A DNA stretch of 64,000 bases. Source: Pseudomonadota bacterium. Lineage in GTDB: Bacteria > Pseudomonadota > Alphaproteobacteria > Dongiales > Dongiaceae. A program made the translations under genes and the position numbers. Every line of letters begins with the position of its first letter. The first letter of the stretch is position 1. The notes beneath the pieces were generated by a model that was not told where the DNA came from, ran no database searches, and saw only the letters and a program-made list of their open reading frames with translations. The stretch covers positions 312,901 to 376,900 of the forward strand of contig JACPDN010000005.1 of NCBI GenBank assembly GCA_016183985.1, read 5' to 3'. Shown here piece after piece: positions 57,630 to 64,000 of this stretch.

Positions 57630-58673
57630 TCAAAGCGACACCTGTTGCAGGGCAAGCGACGGCCGGGAGCCCCAGGCCCGAGCGCGCGATAGGCAGGCGC
57701 GGTAGTCTTCAACCGCCGAGCAGGTCGAAAGGCCGCGCAAAGACACGGCAGCCGTGGCATGGGCCATTTCCAAGGCAGCGGAGACCGGCCATCCCTCATG
57801 AAGGCCGTAAAGCAATCCCGAGGCAAAGGCGTCGCCGGCGCCATTGGCACTGACGATCTCACTTTGCGGGATATTGAACGAAGGAGCCGAAACCACCTCC
57901 CCGTCCCTGGCCAGCGCAATGGCCCCGGCCGGAAAGTGCACCACAACCAGGCGCATGGCTCCCTGCTCCATGACGACCTTGGCGGCGCGGATGCAGGCAC
58001 CGATCTCAGTTAGGCCGTCCGATGAGGTCTGCAGGTTGGCGAGAGCCCCGATCTCGAAGTCGTTCACGACCAGATAATCGAGATGCGGCAGGCAGGGCGA
58101 GACCAAGGCTCTGATGCGTTCCGGCGCGATGCTGAAAAGCTCGAGATTGGTCAGAAGCCCCTCGGCCCGCGCAGCGCGCAACACTGTAACCCAGCCGTTG
58201 GGATCGTTACCCCATTTCTGATCCATGAGCTTATGAGCGCCAGGAAGCCCCAGGTGCAAAATACGGGCATCAATGCCTCTGAAGCTGAAATGGTCGGGCG
58301 TTAGCAGGGCGCCGGTGCCCTGGAAGAAGATATGCGTACGGCGTCCGCTGCGCTGCGAAACATAAGCATCCGTGAATTGCGTCGCCGCAGCGCTAGTCAA
58401 CGCCATGCGGATCCGATCGATGCCATGTGCATCCGCTTGGCCAAGCAGGAAACGACCATCAGCGTCATCGCCAATCAGGCCGATCGTTGTGACAGGAAAG
58501 GCCGGATCGAGCTTTTTGATATCAATGGCGAGATTGCAGCCTGACCCGCCGCCATAAAGTTCCGTCGCCAGAATCTCGGCGACACCGTCTTCATGCGGCC
58601 ACGCGTCGATCGCGCGATTGCGATCAACGCACCAAGTACCCCCCGTCACGATGCCGCGGCAAGACGTCGTCAT
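57630..58673 (-). CDS. PfkB-family carbohydrate kinase
   Basis: GGSGCNLA, IGLIGDDADG, VNDFE, SANGAGDAFASG. Confidence 0.9.
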   Translation of the reverse strand: MTTSCRGIVTGGTWCVDRNRAIDAWPHEDGVAEILATELYGGGSGCNLAIDIKKLDPAFPVTTIGLIGDDADGRFLLGQADAHGIDRIRMALTSAAATQFTDAYVSQRSGRRTHIFFQGTGALLTPDHFSFRGIDARILHLGLPGAHKLMDQKWGNDPNGWVTVLRAARAEGLLTNLELFSIAPERIRALVSPCLPHLDYLVVNDFEIGALANLQTSSDGLTEIGACIRAAKVVMEQGAMRLVVVHFPAGAIALARDGEVVSAPSFNIPQSEIVSANGAGDAFASGLLYGLHEGWPVSAALEMAHATAAVSLRGLSTCSAVEDYRACLSRARAWGSRPSLALQQVSL

Positions 58674-58730
58674 GCCCTCATCTCTACAATCGGTCGGGAC
58701 GGGAATCCAGTGGCTTGGTGCTCTGCTGCC

Positions 58731-59759
58731 TCAGGCCGCCTGCTTCAATACCGTCTCGGAAATGGCCGCGTCATCATCGGCAGCCCTAGCAGGGGCAATG
58801 CCTTTCTTTGCCAGAATGCCATGATAGGCACGGACAGCCTCCAGCGGCTTTACCGATCCGTCCGCAACATTGCGCATCATTTCGATCATGGCGAGCGGGT
58901 CTTCGGCCAAATTGATCTTGCGCCCGAAAAGGGCGACCCTGGCGCCATATCGTTCGGCCTGGGCCAACAATTCAAAGCAGTCGCGTGTCGTCCCTGCTCC
59001 ACCACCCAGAACACCCACAATCATACCCGCGTCATAACTGGCCAATTCTTCCAGTGCCTTCGGCCCGTTATAAGCAATTTTCAGGAATTGTGGTCGGTCT
59101 GCCTTGCTGACTCCAGCCAGGCAGCGAACGATCGAGTCATTGACGAAATGCGGGATGATGTCCGGCGCCAAATCGCGGCCTGCATTCGGGTTGAAGACTT
59201 CGAGAAAGTATTTGAAGCCATGCTGAGCCGCCTCGGCGCGGAAAGCTGAGAACGCCTCGAGAGAGCGGTGATCCGCATCGAGGTCGTTATTGAATGTGAT
59301 TGAGTAAAGGCCGAGGTCGGTGCCGATGATGCCTGCCCCTTCGCGCAAGCCCGCACCGCCGTGCAGCACACGCGACAGAGATGCCGAGCGGAACGGAAGT
59401 GACGGATATTTGTTGTATGTGCCGCCACGGACGATCCAGATATCGCTGGTATCGTTGGCGCGAATTGCCGGCTTCACCGGGCTATCGCGGAACAATCCTT
59501 CGCTCGCCAGCAGTTCCAGGTTGGATGCCGACATCAGCATGATGTCGACGATATCCTGAGCGACGATGGCGCGGATCTGATCCAGGAATTCGGCGCGCGT
59601 GCGGTAGCGCGACCAGCTGCCGTCCGGTTGACGATGCGGGCCCATTGCCGGAATGCTCGGTCCCATATCCGCATCCTTCGCGTCGGCGATAATGAAATCG
59701 CTGCGCTTGTACTGACCGGCGCGGATACGAATGAGTTTCTGCTCAAGACGCGTCGACAT
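58731..59759 (-). CDS. Hypothetical TIM-barrel, class I aldolase-like protein
   Basis: IADAKDADMG, YFLEVFNP, QFLKIAY (candidate Schiff-base Lys), VLGGG, ALFGRK; ATG overlaps the araB stop. Confidence 0.55.
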   Translation of the reverse strand: MSTRLEQKLIRIRAGQYKRSDFIIADAKDADMGPSIPAMGPHRQPDGSWSRYRTRAEFLDQIRAIVAQDIVDIMLMSASNLELLASEGLFRDSPVKPAIRANDTSDIWIVRGGTYNKYPSLPFRSASLSRVLHGGAGLREGAGIIGTDLGLYSITFNNDLDADHRSLEAFSAFRAEAAQHGFKYFLEVFNPNAGRDLAPDIIPHFVNDSIVRCLAGVSKADRPQFLKIAYNGPKALEELASYDAGMIVGVLGGGAGTTRDCFELLAQAERYGARVALFGRKINLAEDPLAMIEMMRNVADGSVKPLEAVRAYHGILAKKGIAPARAADDDAAISETVLKQAA

Positions 59760-61342
59760 CAGTGGGAACCTCCCTGGGCGATCTTCCGGAGTTCGGGCAG
59801 AGCGATACCGAGATTGGGCGCCGCCGCAACGCCGCCAAAACCAAGATAGAGCTCGCGGAACAACGGATAGAGGCGCTGATAAATGGCGTGAGCCACCGGG
59901 TCCGGCATGAAGGTGCGGAACGGCAGGCACATCGTTGCTTGGGCTGCCGCGACATCGGCGTGAATGCCGGCAGCCATGCTAGCGAAGATGCCGGCGCCAA
60001 AGCCGGTGGGGACACCGTCCGGAACGAGGACCGGCTTGCCCAGCACATTTGCATAAACTTGGTTGAGGACCGGGTTGTGCTGGGGAATTCCGCCGCCATT
60101 GATGATCCGTTCGATTGGCACGCCGCCTTCAGCCATGCGCTCCAGGATCAACCGGGTGTGGAAGGCCGTACCTTCGATGGCGGCAAAGAGCTCGTCCTGC
60201 GCCGTATGCAGGAGATTCCAGCCGAGCGTAATGCCGCCGAGATCCGGTCGCACCAACACGGTGCGGTCGCCGTTATCCCAGGTGAGACGCAGCAAGCCAG
60301 TCTGTCCGGCGCGATAATTTTCAAGGCCACGCGATAACTCGGCAATCCTGGTGTTGGCGCGCCTTGCAATGGCGTCAAAAATATCGCCGGTAGCAGAAAG
60401 ACCCGCCTCGATTCCCATCAAATGCGGAACGACACTGCCAGGCACGATGCCGCACAGGCCGGGAATAAGGCCCACATTTTCAGCGGTAGCGATGATGCAG
60501 GTCGAGGTACCGACGACATTGACAACGTCGCCGATCTTGCAGCCCGCGCCCAGCGCATCCCAATGCGCGTCGAAAGCACCGACCGGAATCGGAATGCCAG
60601 GTTTCAGCCCAAGCTTTTCAGCCCAGACGTCCGAAAGCCTGCCCGCAATCTTGTCGGACGTGCAAAAGGCACCGCCGATCTTGCCCCGAATGCCGTCAAG
60701 CAGTGGATCGACGCGTGAGAGAAAATCCTGCGCCGGCAAGCCACCCCAGCGCGGGTTCCACATCCATTTGTGACCCATCGCGCAAACGCTGCGTTTCACC
60801 ATTTTGGGGTCAGAGACACCTGTCAGCGTCGCCGCCACCATGTCGCAATGCTCGAGCGCGGTGACAAACTGTCCGCGCTTCTCAGGGTTATGCCGCAGCC
60901 AATGCAGGACTTTGGCAAAACCCCACTCGTGTGAATAGACACCGCCGCACCAGTCGATCGCCTCGATCCCGTCCCGATGCGCGATGGCAGTTATCTCTTG
61001 AGCTTCGGATTTTGCGCGGTGATCGCACCATAAGTAATAGTCCCCAAGTGGCTTCAGCCCTTCACCCACCATGATCACGCTGGAGCCAGTTGTATCGATG
61101 GCGAGCGCAACGACGTCTTCACTCTTGACGCCACTGCCTCCGAGCACCTTCTTGAACGCACTTGCCAGGGCCGACATCTGATCATCATGGGATTGCGTGG
61201 CGTAATCCGGATCTTCGCGCCGACGATGCAGCGGATATTCCGCACTGGCATGGCCAAGCGCCCTGCCCTCGCCGGAGAATAGCGTCACACGAACGCTGAG
61301 TGTTCCAAAGTCGACGCCGGCGACGACCGATGCCATGCTCAC
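59759..61342 (-). CDS. araB: Ribulokinase (FGGY family)
   Basis: GVDFGTLSVR, IDTTGSS, LWCDHRA, GHKWMW, FDAHWDALG, VGTSTC, WDNGDRT, GGIPQHNP. Confidence 0.88.
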   Translation of the reverse strand: MSMASVVAGVDFGTLSVRVTLFSGEGRALGHASAEYPLHRRREDPDYATQSHDDQMSALASAFKKVLGGSGVKSEDVVALAIDTTGSSVIMVGEGLKPLGDYYLWCDHRAKSEAQEITAIAHRDGIEAIDWCGGVYSHEWGFAKVLHWLRHNPEKRGQFVTALEHCDMVAATLTGVSDPKMVKRSVCAMGHKWMWNPRWGGLPAQDFLSRVDPLLDGIRGKIGGAFCTSDKIAGRLSDVWAEKLGLKPGIPIPVGAFDAHWDALGAGCKIGDVVNVVGTSTCIIATAENVGLIPGLCGIVPGSVVPHLMGIEAGLSATGDIFDAIARRANTRIAELSRGLENYRAGQTGLLRLTWDNGDRTVLVRPDLGGITLGWNLLHTAQDELFAAIEGTAFHTRLILERMAEGGVPIERIINGGGIPQHNPVLNQVYANVLGKPVLVPDGVPTGFGAGIFASMAAGIHADVAAAQATMCLPFRTFMPDPVAHAIYQRLYPLFRELYLGFGGVAAAPNLGIALPELRKIAQGGSH

Positions 61343-62046
61343 TGCGCCTTGCCTGATTGTGCCTGACCATATGTGGCTTTGGCGCCATGCTTACGGAAAT
61401 AGTGTCGGTCCAGCAAGGCCTGGGAAATACCGGCACCGTCCGGCCGCAGCGCCATAGTATGCACGGCCATGCGCGCTACGAATTCCAGCACGACCGCATT
61501 GTGCACGGCATCGCCGGCATCGCGCCCCCAACAGAACGGGCCGTGCCCGGCAACAAGGGTAGCCGGCATGGCCATCGGATCCTTGCTGCCGATCGCCTCG
61601 ACAATGATTGCTCCTGTATTGAGCACGTAATCGCCATGGATCTCAGCATCTGTGAGGGCGCGCGTTACCGGCACGGGGCCATGAAAATAGTCGGCATGGG
61701 TGGTACCGAGGGCCGGAATCGCACGAGCCGCCTGTGCCCATATGGTCGCATATTCCGAATGGGAATGAACGACACCGCCAATGTTCAAAAATGACTTGTA
61801 GAGCACAAGATGCGTGGCCAAATCCGAAGACGGCTGCAGATCGCCGAAGACCTTCTTGCCCTCGAGATCGGTGACGACAATGTCGGCAACCTTCATCTTA
61901 TCGTAGGGAACGCCGCTCGGCTTAATCGCGACCAGACCTTGAGAACGCTCGATCCCACTGACATTACCGAAGGTGTAGAGGACCAGGCCGCCTTTGGCCA
62001 AATCGAGGTTGGCCTCCAGCACTTGCTCGCGCAACAGCTTCAACAT
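61339..62046 (-). CDS. araD: L-ribulose-5-phosphate 4-epimerase
   Basis: TFGNVSG, IKPSGVPY, PSSDLATH, HSHS, GTTHADYFHG, HGPFCWG, RKHGAKATYGQ. Confidence 0.95.
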   Translation of the reverse strand: MLKLLREQVLEANLDLAKGGLVLYTFGNVSGIERSQGLVAIKPSGVPYDKMKVADIVVTDLEGKKVFGDLQPSSDLATHLVLYKSFLNIGGVVHSHSEYATIWAQAARAIPALGTTHADYFHGPVPVTRALTDAEIHGDYVLNTGAIIVEAIGSKDPMAMPATLVAGHGPFCWGRDAGDAVHNAVVLEFVARMAVHTMALRPDGAGISQALLDRHYFRKHGAKATYGQAQSGKAQ

Positions 62047-62068
62047 CGTCAGTCCTTGGAAAAAGAAA

Positions 62069-62101
62069 GGCCGACCGCGAGCCCATAGGTCGCGGTCGGC
62101 C
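62069..62101 (-). terminator. Stem-loop after the SBP gene (terminator or mRNA stabiliser)
   Basis: GGCCGACCGCGA / TCGCGGTCGGCC followed by TTTCTTTTT on the minus strand. Confidence 0.7.
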
Positions 62102-62110
62102 GGGCAACAA

Positions 62111-63043
62111 TTAGTGCGAGGTCCAGCCCTTGTAGGAGTCGAGGTTCTCGTTGGTGATCAGGACCGGATCCAACAGGATAACCTTCGGATCCGGCTTCTT
62201 GCCCTGCAGGATGCCGGCGGCGAGTTCAAGTGACTGGCCCGCCATGGTGTAGGGATCCTGCGACGATGACGCTTTGATCAGCGACGTACCGGTCTTGAGT
62301 TCTGCCTCGATATCCGGCGCACCGTCGACAGCGGTAATGATGAACTCATTCCGGCCGAGTTGCTTGGCAGCGAGGCTCGCCCCGATGCCAGTCGGATCGT
62401 TGATGGCGAAGATGCCGTCAACCTTCGGGAAGCGCGTGAGCAAGCTCTGCGTCACGGCAAAACCGCCATCGCGCGAACCCTTGGCATCCTGATCGTCGGA
62501 GAGGATCTTGATATCGGGATTCTTGGCGAAGACTTCCTTGCAGCCTTTGACGCGATCGGTCACCGACGTCACCTGCGGACCATTAACGATGAGCACGTCG
62601 CCTTTGCCTTTCAGATGATCGACAATGTACTGGCAGGCAAGCGCACCGGCCTTCACGTTGTCGGTCATGACCGTAACGTCCGCACCGTTGGCACCCACAT
62701 CGAACGCGGCCACGACAATACCAGCCGCCTGAGCCTTCTTGATGGCCGGTTCGATCGCGATCGGGTCAACGGCATTTAACATGATCACGTTGACGCCGGC
62801 GGCGATGAAATTATCGATCTGGGTAAATTGCTTGTTAAGGTCGTAATCGGATGAGACCGATGTCACTTCGACATTCGGATTGATCGCCTTGGCCTTATCT
62901 TCGATGCCCTTGATGGTGGCGACGAAGAACGGATTGCCGAGTGAACCGACTGAAATGCCCACTTTCTTCAGTTCCTGGGCGGCCGCGGGGGCCGCAAGGC
63001 CGACCGCAACCGCCAGCCCGAGGGCGAGACGCGAGAGCTTCAT
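62111..63043 (-). CDS. Sugar/polyol ABC substrate-binding protein (RbsB-like)
   Basis: Signal peptide MKLSRLA; LGNPFF, QIDNFI, AFDVG, TDNVKAG, FAINDP, VDGAP. Confidence 0.9.
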   Translation of the reverse strand: MKLSRLALGLAVAVGLAAPAAAQELKKVGISVGSLGNPFFVATIKGIEDKAKAINPNVEVTSVSSDYDLNKQFTQIDNFIAAGVNVIMLNAVDPIAIEPAIKKAQAAGIVVAAFDVGANGADVTVMTDNVKAGALACQYIVDHLKGKGDVLIVNGPQVTSVTDRVKGCKEVFAKNPDIKILSDDQDAKGSRDGGFAVTQSLLTRFPKVDGIFAINDPTGIGASLAAKQLGRNEFIITAVDGAPDIEAELKTGTSLIKASSSQDPYTMAGQSLELAAGILQGKKPDPKVILLDPVLITNENLDSYKGWTSH

Positions 63044-63140
63044 GTTTCCTCCTGTTGCATTTTCCGGACCCGGTTGGACCTCCACCCGGGCACGACTTTC
63101 TATCCAGCGACTTCTATGAGTGCCGGCCACCTTGGCCCCG

Positions 63141-64000
63141 TCATGTCCGCCCACCTCCCCGCAAGCGATAGCGGTCGAGTGCGACAGCACCGATGATGAC
63201 CAATCCTTTGATGATGTATTGCCAAATGTCCGAGATACCGAGCAAGATCAGGCCGTTCGACAACACAGCGATGATAAGCGCGCCAATCAGCGTGCCCCAG
63301 ATCGAGCCGATGCCGCCCGTGAAGCTGGTGCCTCCAAGAATGACCGCAGCGATAGCATCGAGCTCATAGCTCTGGCCGAGCTGCAAGCCATTGGCCGCAA
63401 AGAGGCGCGCTGCGGACATGGCGCCGCCGAGCCCTGATAACAGCCCAGCCATCGAATAGACAAAGAGCAGAATCTGCCAGACCTTGATGCCGGCAAGACG
63501 CGCTGCATCCGGGTTTCCACCCACGGCATAGATGCGATTGCCGAGCACCGTGCGTCGCAGGATCACCCAGGAGATGATGACAACGGCAAAGGCGATAACG
63601 ACCAACCAAGGAACCCCAAACAGCGTTCCATTGCCGATGAAGGCAAAGGGCAGTTCCGGATTGAAGACGGTCGTATCCTCACCAAGAAGGCGGGCGACGC
63701 CGCGTACGGCAGTCAGCGAGCCGAGCGTCACGATAAACGGCGGCAATCGCATCGCTGAAATGAGGATCCCGTTCAGCAGCCCAAAGATGAGACCGACCAG
63801 AAGTGCTGCCGGCACGCCAAGCAGCCCGTAATCGGGTATTTTCGAGCAGATGATCGCGATCATCGCGGACGCAGCGAGGATCGAACCCACCGAAAGATCG
63901 ATACCACCGGTCAGAATGACGAAGGTCATGCCAGCCGCCAGCACGATGTTAATTGCCGCCTGCTGCGCGACGATCGAAAGGTTCATCCAACTCATAAAGC
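63141..64000 (-). CDS. Sugar ABC permease (RbsC-like), 5' end beyond the window
   Basis: GMTFVILTGGIDLSVG, LPPFIVTLG, IYAVGGNPDAARLAGI, YELDAIAAVILGGTS. Confidence 0.93.
   Translation of the reverse strand, partial: FMSWMNLSIVAQQAAINIVLAAGMTFVILTGGIDLSVGSILAASAMIAIICSKIPDYGLLGVPAALLVGLIFGLLNGILISAMRLPPFIVTLGSLTAVRGVARLLGEDTTVFNPELPFAFIGNGTLFGVPWLVVIAFAVVIISWVILRRTVLGNRIYAVGGNPDAARLAGIKVWQILLFVYSMAGLLSGLGGAMSAARLFAANGLQLGQSYELDAIAAVILGGTSFTGGIGSIWGTLIGALIIAVLSNGLILLGISDIWQYIIKGLVIIGAVALDRYRLRGGGRT

Overview
GC-rich alphaproteobacterial chromosome segment (Rhodospirillales-like by gene content; inference). It has a housekeeping core (eno-ftsB-pdhA-pdhB-pdhC-lpdA-lipA-ratA/coq10-lon-hupB-tRNA-Val, plus ppa and crcB) surrounded by metabolic and accessory modules: (i) a TetR-linked amine/C1 catabolism locus (class III aminotransferase, SDR, GcvT-like protein, two phytoene-dehydrogenase-like flavoproteins) with a tandem operator and REP-like palindromes; (ii) an operon of three predicted lipoproteins, the last a Tat-exported amidohydrolase, lying between an amino-acid ABC binding protein and its likely permease; (iii) an lvaDCAB-like acyl-CoA/phosphotransferase operon; (iv) a ~350-nt promoter- and terminator-bounded, highly structured intergenic RNA candidate that I cannot assign to a known family; (v) an imelysin-multicopper oxidase-di-haem-imelysin-DUF1513 iron uptake operon with a Fur-like box; (vi) an ECF sigma/DUF4142/cupredoxin module with twin divergent ECF promoters; (vii) a stand-alone Cache-like protein plus MCP; (viii) cbtBA under a cobalamin riboswitch; (ix) a sugar ABC-araD-araB-aldolase-like-PfkB operon cut by the window end. 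I saw no integrase, transposase, CRISPR array or rRNA. Family calls come from motif recognition by eye, not database searches. Where the six-frame ORF extends upstream of the probable start, I give the corrected start.
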